Shown piece by piece: positions 23,831 through 37,040 of a DNA stretch of 64,000 bases. Made by a program: the position numbers and the translations under genes. Below the pieces are notes generated by a model. It ran no database searches and had not been told where the DNA came from. It saw only the letters and a list, made by a program, of their open reading frames with translations. How positions within the stretch are numbered: the first letter of the stretch is position 1; each line of letters opens with the position of its first letter. Location of the stretch: contig CM007990.1 of NCBI GenBank assembly GCA_002189035.1, forward strand, positions 3,348,001-3,412,000. The letters are read 5' to 3'. This stretch comes from Utricularia gibba (Eukaryota > Plantae > Magnoliophyta).

Positions 23831-26090
23831 CTCCCTGCTGCACGATGACTTGAGATGTAATTATTAAAATAGATAAACTAAATAGGAATTATTTTGATAT
23901 TAATATTAATTAAATTCAAAATACAAGATCTCAGATGGATAATATTTGGAAATATATATATTTGTTAAATTTTTGTGAGATAAGATACTTATTGAGACAT
24001 AATTAAATATATTACTAAATATTTATATATGATAATATGGGAGATTTGTTTCTTTGAGTTCTTAATCTTTCATTGTCTTTGAGATTTATTTGGTGAATAG
24101 TGATTCTCTCCACTAGCATATGAGGAAATTGGCCATTATTATGCAACAATGAGAAGGTTATCGATAAAGTGTTTCATATGTGGATACTATAGAGTTTGTC
24201 TACCATTGATGGTTAGAATCTAATGAAAGTTATTTTCAGTATGGCTTTATCTAATTTATGTTATATTTCAAGATCTATTATTTGGATTTTTCGAAAATTT
24301 TTAAAATTCTGCTATGTTTGTGACAAACAATGTCTGAAAGAAACCTTACAATTTGTTAAATTTCTTGTCTTTAGCTCAAGCTATATTTTTTTTGTAGGGA
24401 AGTTCAAATCTATATGTGATGAAATTCGTTTAATCAAGAAGTACTTTTGCGAGAAATTTTCAAGTAATTCCACAATGATGAAACTTCATGGGAAATTAAA
24501 AAGAACTATGGTAACACATATTTTTGAGTATTTAGGTGTAGGAAAATATCTAATATTTTTCTACAAAACTCAAGTTTTAGCATGAATTTCTATGCTTTTG
24601 CGACCAGTATTCCAGTTGCATTTTTTATTCCTAGCATAGATTTAGTCCCAACCTCAATTTTAATTATTTCTTGGAATAATACAGCAATTGTCGACCAACT
24701 CAGTTCCCTAGGAACCAAAAAGAGCACAGTAAAATTGCAGAAGATATGAACAAAAAGCTGAAGGAAGTACAATCAAATCCCAAGGAAGAGAAGGAAACAA
24801 TTTTGAAAATAATGAGGAAAGAGAAAATATCTTCTCAGTAAAGAACACGAAAAAACAATTGTGGGAAGGGAGATCTGAAGGGAAGTCTCAGAAGAAGAAC
24901 GATGGAAGATGAAGAAGAAGATTTCAGCTACACTTGAACTTTTCTTTTATCAAGAATACTATTTCCTAAGTAGGAATAGCTTTAGCTTTCAGTGTGAACT
25001 GTTTATCATCTCTTGTCTCTATTTATATTTCTTTCTTGTTGTTGCACAATGGCATGAACATGTTTTGGTTTCTAGGTTATGGAAGTATTTTCCTTTCCCT
25101 CAGTATGAGTGGCTAAATACACGTAATGTCTTAGGGTAGAAGGGGGTATACATGATTATTACTTCTTAGGTTACATTAGCTCAATAACCAAATTATTTCG
25201 TTATCAAACCAGAGTAGACCCAGAAGGAGGAAATGGTTATGTTTATCATAAACAACCTAACTAGAGGTAGACCAAATGTTAGGAAAATGAAGGGTTTGGG
25301 TAGACTTGAATCCTTGTATTGCTAGATGAATGATTATCAAGATGTGTAGTTAAGTGTAGTAATGATCATGTCACTCCTAGAGCTTCAAGACATTGCATTA
25401 CTTTATTCTAATTAGTAGTCGAATTTTCCTATTATTTCTGAGTTTTATCGTAAAACTGTCTTACTCGTAGCTTAGAGGTTTTTTTCAAATATAATTGAAT
25501 TCTATTCTATTAATACTATTTCATTTTTAAGAAATAAAAATATTTAAATTTTATTTTATTAGATTATTTATCACAAAATATGTTTTTATAAACATAACAA
25601 AATAAAATTTAAATATTAATTTAATAAATTACCACAATTTAAAATAATGCCAAAAAGAAAAAATTTCAATGATAAAATTTAAAACATCCATTTAACAAAC
25701 TTAGACCATTTTTTTTTGAATTTCAATCAATTTATTCAATATCATGCTGATTGAGTCAAATGCAATTGAAAGCTATTGAGGGCGAGTTGCGGGTTAAGAT
25801 AAATTTATTATTTTTATTTTGTTTAGAAAACCAAGTTATAGTATTTAAAAATTTTAAAAAAGAGGTATTTAAGTATCAAATAATGAAGTATATGTATTCT
25901 AATAATAACAAAGATATGAGACATATTTTAATAGATATTTTTCTTTGACACAAGTATTTTAACAAAAGAGTTTCAGAAATAGAAATGAGTATTCAATGTC
26001 TTACAACATCATTTTTTGGGAATTTACACATTTTTTTCGATAAGATACCATTTATAGTACATATAAAAATCAAGTTCCCTACAAGAAGAA

Positions 26091-27156
26091 TGATAAACGA
26101 AAAATTCCTAATATTGTTGCAATAAAAATAGAATTCTGTATCAAATAAATTTATATGCCCTAATCCTCACAGAATACAAATTATGCACAAAATGTACAGT
26201 AGAATTTGGGGTCGATCACAATGAGTTTGTACTTGCAATGCGTTTTTCGTGATGCAAAATTCGGTGTGATAGTGGTTCTTAGTCTAAGCTCAAACTAACA
26301 ATAGTATGTAAGTTCGGTAAACAAGATCAGGTATCAATGCTGAAAGTAACAAATACTGGTTCTTACAAAGAGTAATATTAAGATCCTTTAAGGGTATGCA
26401 GGTGATGTAGTACTAAGGTCTGTAATTTAATTTATCATGTCTTTATACTCACAACTCCAAAAAACCTAAGTCTACCCAAGTCATTTATCATATTTTCGGC
26501 TAAGTTAGTACCCAATATCATCACCAACATTGTAATTAAGTCTACCCGTATGCAAAGTATATAGAACTAGGTTTACCCAATTCTATTGGTTCTACCCTAG
26601 ATTAATACCTACTGCTCATGTCTTGATTTGTTGGTCTACCTCTAAATTAAGTATCTTAGTTAGTAAGTTACTAGTTCCCTTCCTTAGGTTTACCCATAGA
26701 ATGATAGAAACAAGAACTAAGAAACAAACATAAATTTCATTATTAACCCTAGATTCACACCAACATGTTTTACCTTAAGACATCCCTAAGGTTTTAGCTA
26801 CTCATATATGAAAGATCATAAGTATCTTCTTGGGTCTGGTCGTCTTCTCATTCCTCCTCCCTCTCCAAAAATATCTTTCTTTCTTTTATTTTCATTTTCC
26901 AAGTTTAGTATACTGTTTCTGACATCTGTACTGTTCTTGGCCTGAATCTACAGACTATAAGCGGTTGAATATTAATCATGTCTCCTCCTTGTGTCTTCTG
27001 CCCCATCGAATTGTGCTCATAAACTAGCTAAATGTGATCCATAATGCTACTGCTAACACTTGGAAGAATATTTGAAATGATAATTAAAATACCTAATTTC
27101 ATCATTAAACATATCAATTTTATAACTTAAAAACACTAATGAAATATGTGCTATCA
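26091..27156 (-). mobile_element. Solo LTR (Athila-type family)
   Basis: TGATAAACG...GTGCTATCA, both ends matching the 58781-60143 copy. Flanks AAGAA/TAGGA are only a 3/5 match as a TSD. Confidence 0.85.
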
Positions 27157-27679
27157 TAGGAGTACTCACATTGGTTGTGAATCAAGCTTACACATAATTT
27201 GCATGCTATGAGGTCTTATGCAAATGCCTTGTAGACGCTTTGGTACACAATGTTGAGATGACAAACATGAAGTGCATGATGAGGCTAGCCTTGATGATGA
27301 GTTAAAATGAACATCAACCAATGAAATTCATAGGGTACAAGGGAATCGTACTACTCGAGATAGGTAGAATACTATGTATATTGATGGAATGGTTCCTTGA
27401 AGTGGAAGATTTGCTAGTGAAATGTAGTAAAATGGTTTGTTGAACATTAGGATGTTTTCTCTAGGACATCCAAAGACTTGAAGGGCACTCAACCCATTGT
27501 GATATACCATGAAATCAATACTAATTGGATGACTGTTTTGATTACACATAGAGAAGAATGAATGAATTACCTGACTTCCGATTCTCACTTTTTGTTCTTG
27601 AAACATTTTAGGCTTATCAAGCACCTTTAAATTGTTTTTCTTGAAAGGTCCATTAAATTTTTAAATTGGAATGTTTACT

Positions 27680-28535
27680 CTCCCAATTACTATTTTCAGC
27701 CTCATTGAGTAACTTGTAAGTATTGCACTCAAGGCAGGCTAGAGTGAGTGAAGAGAGGAGAAATGTCTCCTCTTGGAGATATTTCAGAGCAAAAAAGATG
27801 AAGGACAGAGTGAGTGAAGAGAGAAGAAGGAATATCTTCTCCTGGAGATATTTTACAGCGAAGAAGATGAAGGACGAGAAGTTCCAATGTGACAATGGAA
27901 CTAATTTCTAACATCCTGAAGCACAGTTGAGACCCAGACCAACAACAAAGAAGCTTGAGAACCTATAGTTTGAGAAGAAGAACAGAGGAAGAACACTAGA
28001 ATTAGAGAATTGAGCAAACATTTTTTGTTTCTTGTAAATCTTATTTATTGCATTTTATTCTTGAACTTTCACGCTATTTCCACTTCATGTTTTTAATCTT
28101 CAACATGTCTGAATGCTTTCATTACTGGTTTGTGCATGCACTTGTAATACTAGCAACCTAAAAATGAACTTTAATATGTTGACGTGCAGCTTTATTTAGG
28201 ATTAAGTGCAATGACCATCATTTATTGCTAGAGATGCGGATTTACTTGTTCTGTTTGCTGCTTTCAGTTTAGAAATCATTAGAAGTAATTAATATATTTC
28301 AGTTAGAATAGGAACCCACTTTCTAACAAACCCCCCTATTCAATCTCACTTATGCATTGGATCAGCAACTAAAAACCATTTGCTTCCAGTGGATCAATCT
28401 AGATTTATTACTGTCATTAATTGCCTGGTGAATGACATATAGTTTATTCATTTAGTTTACAAATTATTTTTGATGGGGAAACTTTAGGCTTGCGACACAC
28501 ACAGAATTTTTCCACCATTAGTATGGTATTTAGAA
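27680..28535 (+). mobile_element. LTR-like segment ending ..CCACCA followed by a degenerate tRNA-Met PBS
   Basis: TGGTATTTAGA at 28524-28534 resembles TGGTATCAGAG. Left boundary uncertain. Confidence 0.35.
27741..27875. repeat. Two-unit tandem duplication (about 66-69 bp) within an LTR-like segment
   Basis: agagtgagtgaagagag...gatgaaggac occurs at 27741 and again at 27807. Confidence 0.85.
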
Positions 28536-30315
28536 TGGGTTGCATCCCTATGATTGTGATTATGGCAAAAGAAAATGTCATGAGTAGATGATACTACTCT
28601 CCTCATCATGGTCAAAATTCAATGAGCAACAATAGTACATTAGGGAGAAACGCCCAAGAATGTTCAATCCTTCAAAAAGGTTCTCATTGGAATATTAATT
28701 CAGAAGAAATCCAAGAAACCTAGGGTGATAGGATCTTTCCCATCGCCTAATAAGATATGCATTCTTATACTCACCACCTTGTTGAGTCACAAAACTACAT
28801 CCGCTCATTCTCCAACATAGCTCATTGAGAGTAGGAAACTTTTTTTTTACATGGTAGAATGCATGGTGTTAGTAGAGATATAAATAAAAAAGTATGCCAG
28901 TAAAGGTGAGTAGTATATATAGCAGAAGAAAGACCGGTTTTTTTTTGTAAAGAAGTTCACCCCCAAAAAGATAAACTAATAATCTTTCTTGGCAAGGGCA
29001 AGGTAAGTAGCTCCCCATTCCCTTCAACTACCTAACTTGTTCTTTTTTGGACATTAGTTCAATGAGTATTGTGGCTTACGTAAAAGAGGCTCCTCCTAAC
29101 CAAAGGCTCGTAGAAGAAAATTCTTCAATAGGAGAGGGGTTTGTGGAGTATCCGACTCAACTAAAGAGGCTCCACAAGGGTCTTCGTGAGAGGACTTCTA
29201 TTGATACTACTGAATGTTAAGCGCAATTCAATTATTATATTTCATCACACTTTCTATTCTAAAATATGGTTAGACTCACTAGATTAGACGTTCAGAATAA
29301 GAGTTTGTAGATTTTCTTAGAAAAAGATAATTTTTCCTATAATTATATTTTTAATCATCTTTTCTTTAGTTTATTTGAATGTACTGCATAGTTGGAGGAA
29401 TTCATAAAGGTAGGTGCCAAAAAAGGAGTAGATAACATTGAAAGACATATCTTCTATGATTTATAGCAAAAGCACAAGATCTTAAGGATGAGCCTTGCCC
29501 TATGTTGTACACAATTGCAGCTGAAAAAATGAATAATCATGATGCTGTCACATGAAAGCAGAATATCACATTTATCACATTTAAGGTTAAACTAGTGTCT
29601 AGATTAAAAACTTTTGAACTTTCAGATGTTCGACTTTCAATTTTTATCTTTCCAAATAGTTTTTTCTCTCCATCCTTCTTCTTCCCTTAGAGGAATGAGT
29701 GTAATTTATGTTTATTCTCTTGTTTTGTAATGCTTGTTCAAGGTAAACTTTTTGTTTTGGGGTTGGAAAACTTAAAAAAAGATCTCCTTTCATGTTTCAT
29801 GATTAATCTTCCATTTTCTCTTTGGATTCAGCCACATGTTTCCTATTTTGTCCCTACGTGCATACATTGCAATCTTTATTTAATGGCCAATAGTCAAGAT
29901 TTATGAGTAATTGATCACTGCTTCTGGGTTTGATGAGGAGAATGTTTAAGGGAGCATTGGCGATTCCTTATTTCTATAATTGATTACCTAAAAGCACTGG
30001 AGAGCAATGGAGTTATAATGAACATGGTTGGAAAAGATTTCAATCCCATGAATAGTAAAGAACCCTCACTTCAACAATTTTTCCAAACTTATTATAGAAA
30101 ATATACATTCATCAGTATTATATGAGATGATGCAATGTAACTTGCTAAACTTGGGTACCCTTGAGCACTCAACACCTTATTTTGAGTCTTGGAGGCCTTT
30201 TGTCCCTTGAACACTCAAGTCTCATCCAAGTTTTCTAGTAGTTTCATCCTATTAACTGCCTTACCCTCCATCTTTCTAGTGATTACAAAAGTGTCATCCA
30301 CCACCACAAACTTTA

Positions 30316-32131
30316 GGCTATAGTCTGCATTGCTTATTTTGTTATTTATAGCTTAAAGTAAAAGTTAAAAAACTATTTTATAGACTATGTCAACTTCAAC
30401 TTTTTTTTTAACTTCTACTTCTACTTTTATTTATTAACTACTTATTATATTTTATACTGCAATCACCATATTTGTTGAATTATTTCATAAGACACCAAAA
30501 GCTACTTATTTTCACAATTAGCAACTTATGAAAGATTTTCCCATCTCTACCTGTTGAGAGTATAGCGCTTTCCATCTAGCATCATGAGTGACAGTAAAAG
30601 TAGGTTATGCATTTAGGTTGCATCTTGAAGTAAATAGGTATTTATGAGCGATGCCTTTTTTTGTAGGTTTTTTTCTACTTTTTACAGCATGCTATTTTCA
30701 TTCGATTCTAGAATTTGTTTTTCATTAAATCTGAATCAGATCTATTAGAACTCACTTGATTTGATTTGTTACAGCATGCTATTTCTCCATTTCTTTTTTT
30801 TTAGATGCTATGCATGGCTTCTGTGTTGAAGTAGTTCCCAGAGTCACTTCTATTTTGCTTGAGTTATTTCTAATTAATTCAAGTTTCATGATGGTTGAGA
30901 TCTTGCATCAAATGAAACTTCTTCAAGATTATCATGAACAATATTTGGTTAAGCAACCAATTTACTATCAAACCACAAGTGGATGGACTTTGCTACTATT
31001 GATGCTCAATGAACATCATATTCGAGCATTCTCTAAGTTGTGTATGCATAACGACATCTTCCTAAGCTTTTGTCAGTTGCTCATAAATGAATATGGCTTG
31101 GAGAAGCTCACATATGTCCCTATTGAGGAAGAAGTCACTATTTTCTTATGTAGAGTGGGCAAAAGAGAACTTATTCTAGTTTATCAGAGTTCTTTGATCG
31201 AGGAAGAGATCATTCATAGTACATTTCACAATGTGCTTATGGCATGCGATTGGATGACGAAGGATTGGATTACCCCAAAGCATGACAACACACATTTTCA
31301 TCCTTTTTTCATGAATAGAGTTAAATATTCATGTTTTTGGAACTGTATTGATGCTATAGATGGTACCCATATTAAGTCTTGTGTTCCTGAAAATGAGAAG
31401 GTACATTTCACTAGATGTAAAGGATACCTCACTCAAAATATGTTAGCTATTTTTGAATTTAATATGTGATTCATGTATATTATGGCTGATTATAAAGGCA
31501 TAAGCCATGATAGTAGAATTTTGAGAGATTGTCTAAGTGAGCAAAACCTTAACTTTCCATCAATCTCTATAGGTAAGTATTATGCTGTTGATGCATGCTT
31601 TGCGAATGCAATAGGCTTTGCGATTATAAAAGGTGTTTTATATGATGAATGATGTACCAACAATTAAGCATCAAGTAAGAGTGGTTGGAGCCACAATGGC
31701 CATTCATAATGATAGCTCTTAATTGTTGAATTTCCAAGATGAAGAGTGTGGTGAAAAAGAGAATGTTGACCTTGAAGAAGAAAATGAGGATGAAAGTATT
31801 GACCAACTCATGGATATTCTATGAGAATTTATTGCCGATGAGTTATGGATAGTTTATATTAGAAGAAGAGCATAATGTAATGGACTCTTCTTGGTTACAT
31901 TTCTCATTTCAATGCATTATCTTTAACATAAAGAATATATGATATTTTATATGTAAAATAACGGTAGAAACATAATTTATAATTTACTTATACTGATTTA
32001 CAATATACTTCCAACTATTTAAAAATATTTTGGCTCAAATAGTGAACACTACACACCACTACTACTTATTTTCCATTTATTTATCCAATCAATTCTTAGA
32101 AGTTATGAAAAAAGTCTCACATACTATATCC
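30316..32131 (+). mobile_element. PIF/Harbinger element with transposase only, TIRs and TTA TSD
   Basis: TTA|GGCTATAGTCTG ... CATACTATATCC|TTA (10/12 TIR match). Pseudo-transposase 30810-31875: IEEEVTIFL, NCIDAIDGTHI, KGYLTQNMLA, GISHDSRIL, GKYYAVDACF, QVRVVGATMAIHN, IADELW. Confidence 0.85.
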
Positions 32132-32294
32132 TTAGTGCACATGTAGATGAGATCCACACGAGTCTCTAATAGATTTGTGATTTTGTTTTTGCTTAGGTCA
32201 CAAGGACCCAACCACTTTCTTAAGATCTTCACCCACTCTTTTAGTTTGAATTATAACCCTTGCCCACATTGTTGAAATGCTCCAAGAAGAATCT

Positions 32295-33890
32295 TGGGGT
32301 GCATTTGGTCGAGCGGATTATGTGGGTTTCAGGGTGGGTTTAATAGAAATCCATGTTTAGTATGTGGGTTGCAAGCAGGGAAAAACATACCTACTTGTGC
32401 TTATACACCAGGAAAAAACCCCCAAAGTCTGATTTAAGTAAACATATGTTCTCTTTCCAATTTTGTCCTCATATCATTGTGTATTTGAGCGTAGAGCAAG
32501 CAGTTCCCAGCCAAAAGCTTCACAAATCGCTGGTGGTGTCATGTTCATCCATTGATTGAGTGCTAGTATGTTGGTTTTCTAGTACTTTTTTTCTATTATT
32601 AATGGGTTTTCTCCACCCATTATCAAATTAGACTTCAAAGATATAAAAATCTGTAAGAAATCTGAAACTCACTTTGTAAGGTCACAAAACCCTTCCAACA
32701 ATGAAGTCAAACATTTTGCATTCTCCCAATCAACTTTAGAAGGAATTCCAGATCCAGAAAGAGCTTCATTAAGTTGTTTATCATTATAGCATATATATTC
32801 AAACACCTTCACATAACCAATGATAGTAGCAAGCATTGTGTGCATTGAATTCCATCGAATAGGAACATCTAAAGAGAGTTGTTTTTTGTATTAAATGCCT
32901 TCAACCACACAAGCTTCTTTGAATTTCCTTAACCTAGTTGGACAACTCTTCACATATTTGATAATAGCTCTGATAGTTTTGATCCCCATCTCAAAATTAT
33001 TCAATCCTTTTTTCACTATAAGATGCATTATATGAGCAATGCATCTTATATGGCACCACTTTCCACCTGATATTGACTTATTCCATCCTTCTATTTTACT
33101 TTTGAGAAAGTACAATGCACTATTTTTGGATGAGACATTATCCACTATGATAGCAAACACATTATTGATACCCCACTCATGCCAACATTTACTAACTGCT
33201 TCACCAATATCTACTCCAACATGACTTCAAATGGGACAAAAGCTAAAAACATGTTTATGTAGTTACCATTGGTTATCAAGAAAGTGTGCTTTAGACACAT
33301 GTAATTAATATTCTGTAATGAAGTCCATGTAACAGTTGTGAAACATATTCTTTGACTAGAATTATTCAACCATTTCTTCTCATCCAAATACAACTCATAG
33401 CAATTTGATGTCATAGTCTTTCTACATGGTGCAACAAATGTTGAGCAAGCAACACTAACAAATTTCCTAAATCCCTCTCATTCAGCAAAAGTAAAGCCCA
33501 ACTCATTCATAACTATCAAAGAAGAAAGTGCTTTTCGAATAGCAAGTTGATCGAATTTCCAAGCAAACAATGATGTTTTTGGACCAGAGCTGGCATCCAT
33601 TGCTATAATACCATGACACTTTGAATCTGCACAATATTCATTCCCACAATAATAACATCGGCCTATATAACATTGTTTTACCTAATCATAAGGATCGTTG
33701 AAATGATTCCAAACTATAGAAATTCTTTTCCTTTGAGCTCTTTTTTTTTACCTAGTTTTATCTTCAAGAATTGGATCATCATCCAACGACATTTCAGCAT
33801 CAATATCAATGCCAATCGGGACAACACTTGTTTGAGTGCTAATAGTAATCATCTGTATTTGAGAACGTGGAGCATTTTGAGTCATAGATG
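32295..33890 (-). pseudogene. Second hAT transposase relic
   Basis: SIVWNHF (BED), FDQLAIRKALSSLIVMNELGFTFAE, PCRKTMT, ICFTTVTWTS, IVDNVSS, HIRCIAHIMHLIV, LSLDVPIRWNS. One TIR-like end TGGGGTGCATTTGGTCG at 32295. Confidence 0.85.
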
Positions 33891-35093
33891 AAGTCCTTCC
33901 TTCCATTATAAATATAATACAAACTACACAAGCGCAAAAATTACATATAATAATAGCATACCAATAATAATTTCGGATGAATTATGAAACCATTTCAACC
34001 AAAGATTCTTCAATCTTGTGCCTGTCAAAAGAAAAGAAGAGGCGTCATTGCGTGATGCTAACTAGAAAAAAAGAATGTGATGCCAGAAATTTCTCTTAAA
34101 GCTTTAAGATAATTAATAAACCCTAAACCCACAACAATTATTCAGTTACTCGAGGTTCGACTACCATAATAACTCTAAACGAAACCTGACCGACAATCGA
34201 CCCATGAACTCAAAACCTGAAAACTGATAAACTGGGAACCTCGATAACGCAAAAAAGAAAACTTGAATATACTTTCAATTTGGATCAATTTATACGGGTT
34301 GTTGGTTTTTTTTTTCCCACCACTAATCTCAACACATCCTTGTGCCAGCCCATGACAATGTGATCGTATATTTTCATTACAAAACTTGAGAATGCCATTA
34401 TCCCAACCACCTACAAGTACACCTTGGTCAACGATTGGTGGTATCAAAGCACTCATCGACTAGATGGAGGTTCCAGCATTTTTCGATCATCAAGGAGTAG
34501 GCCAACGTCCAATAATGAGGAACATCTACTATTGAAGCACTGTGGGTTATTGCGTGATAGGCGATGATGTCTTAATTTGTATGGACATTGCTTGAACCAC
34601 TGTATTCCAACTATGTCGTTACTTTAAACATATATTGTGGAATGCACTATGCATCTTCCAATCTAGTGCCAAAACTTACCACAGCACTGCGTTTATTCAT
34701 GTGGTACTATCGCCTCATTTTCAAAGAGCACCACACTGTAATATTATATGGTGAACTACCCTTATCAGTTGCACCTTTGCTATCGAGTACTTCAATAAGG
34801 CATATCACTGCATTTGTTAGCACGCAGTGCTTCCGAGTCTTATGCTAAAACACCACATATTTTAGAATACAATGCTTATATGAGTGTTTCATATATGAGT
34901 GACATGAACTAATTTTCAACCCCCACGTTCATATGCAATATCGGAGCATTAACTAAATGTGCACGAACATTTTTGACAAAGAAAGATAATAGACCTTCAT
35001 GAAGTCCACCAGCATAAAAACAACCTCACAAATGCTTCAAGGTCTAAGGTAAGAGTCTAGGCTATGCCCAATGAGTTCTCTTTTGCAATTACT

Positions 35094-37040
35094 TTAGGCA
35101 AGAATGTAGCTTAACCTTGTAGGGTCGGAACTTAACATCTCCTTATAGTATAACGTTGAATGGTAGACAATTGCAGCAGCATATATCATATGATCATCCC
35201 AGCCATATGCTAGTCCTCTACCAATTCTCAAGCCTATTGCACCATTTTTTACCCGAAGCGACATAACCCCTTTCATGTTCATACATTCAGCTCCTCCATT
35301 TGGCAAAAGAACTACATAGAATCATTGCTTTCCCTCAACCCCCGTCCGCTTCACCCGGAATGTCTTGAGGTGTCAATGCTATTGTGTGATCTAGAGTCCT
35401 TACTCTCGAGGTTGACATTGACACCCTCCATGCCATAACCAAATGGCTCACAAGGTGCGTTGACATAGAAAAGGTTCATATCTTGACCAGTGATATCCGG
35501 ATCTAGGGGACAATCTAAAGATGCATCTACATACTCACCAATCTCTTCAACAAATTTTCTCTTCCCTGTCGTGCCTACGAAGCTCACTGAATTATCTCCG
35601 GTAGCTCGATCCTTACCAAAGATTTCCATCACTCCATAAAATACAGTCATCATTTGTATCTTAGTACGTGTATAACACCATCAATTATTACAAATACATA
35701 CCTATTCAATCTCCTTCCAGACCTCCTTGGCAGCATCTATAGTATTGGTTAACTCTTTGAAACCCATCCCATGTTATTAACATTTTGTCTAGTCCAGCAG
35801 CGAAGTTCTAAAATCAGGGAGGAGACATGAATTTCGTGCATGTAGAGATTGGGAAGAATGGGCAGCATTAAAAGAGGAGACATAATGTGCTGTTCAGCCA
35901 TCTACAGTCTGCAGGTTCAGGCCAGGAACAGTACAAATGTCAGGAACAGTAGACTGATTTTGAAAAATGGAAAAAAGATATTTTTTGAGGAGGGAGAAGG
36001 AAGGGAACGACGAGCAGACCTGAGGAGGGGGCTTCTCCCCCAACATGACGAGTGTTGAACCAGGAGAGGAGAAGAAGAACGACGAGTGTTCCGGGACCGG
36101 AACAGTAGTAGACGGAAACTAGACTTCTTATTGCTCTGTTTTCGTTTCTTGATGTTTTCAGTTTCTACAACCCACTTCTGCACGATGTTCTTGACATTTT
36201 CTATGTTTTATGTTAATGTCATTACTTTTTACCTTCCAAATATGAGTAGCTAAAGCCTTAGGGATGTCTTAAGGTGAAGTATGGTGGTGTGTGCTTATGA
36301 TTAATAATGAAATTTATGTTTGTTTCTTAGCTCTTGTTTCTATCAATCTATGGGTAGACCTAAGGAGGGGAACAAGTAGCTTCACAACTTATATGTTTGA
36401 TTTAGAGGTAGACCAACAAATCAAGACGTGAGTCGTAGGTGTTACTCTGGGGTAGAACCAATAGAATCGGGTAGACCTAGTTCTATATACTTTGCATGCA
36501 GGTAGACCTAATTGCAATGTTGGTTATGATATTTGGGACTAGCTTAGCCGAAAATATGATGAATGACCTGGGTAGACTTAGGTTATTTGAAGTTGTGAGT
36601 GTAGGAACATGGAAAATTAAATTAGGCACCTTAGTATAGCACCACTTGCAGATCCTTAAGTCATCTTCGTGTTATTCTGAGTTAGAACTAGTACTTATTA
36701 CCTTTTGCATTGAAACCTGATTTTGTTTACTGAACTTTCTTGTCACTGCTAGTCCAAGCTTAGATTAAGACTTACTGTTATCCCGAATTATTCATTTACT
36801 AAAACACTTAGTAAGTACAAGCTCTTCACGATCGACCCCGATATCCACTATACAAGTTTTCCAAATTTGTATTTTGTGTAGATTAGCGCTTATAAATTTA
36901 TTTGATAACGAAATTTTTATTTTTGCAACGACATTTGGAATTTCCGTTTATCAATGCAACAAGTCCTACTCCTCATCTGACCTCTAAGCCTGCTTTGTTT
37001 TTATGGTAGATTCTTCAATGACGACCTTTGGGTTATGCAT
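35094..37040 (-). pseudogene. PIF/Harbinger Myb/SANT-like ORF of copy B, interrupted by an LTR
   Basis: ATG at 37040 (MHNPKVVIEESTIKTKQA*RSDEE), then after the LTR GMGFKELTNTIDAAKEVWKEI and EIFGKDRATG, a hallmark of this ORF class. Confidence 0.8.
35790..36953 (+). mobile_element. Athila-type LTR copy, 5'-truncated, inverted relative to the 22.7/26.1/58.8 kb copies
   Basis: Ends ...GATCGACCCCG...CCGTTTATCA and is collinear with the other copies. No TSD found. Confidence 0.85.

Noticed and set aside
24100-25420. Possible integrase zinc-finger remnant and LTR-like stretch
   Set aside because: Motif resemblance (FCYVCDKQC) is too weak and boundaries could not be defined, so it is not listed as a feature.
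30810-31875. Harbinger transposase as the partner of the copy B Myb ORF (same apparent TPase-cargo-Myb order)
   Set aside because: It sits within its own TIRs and TTA TSDs (30316-32131), and its C-terminus is of a different subtype from the copy A transposase.
35849-36183. ORFs at 35849/35917 (and 23402-23816) as genes
   Set aside because: Low-complexity purine/pyrimidine-rich LTR sequence with no recognisable domain.
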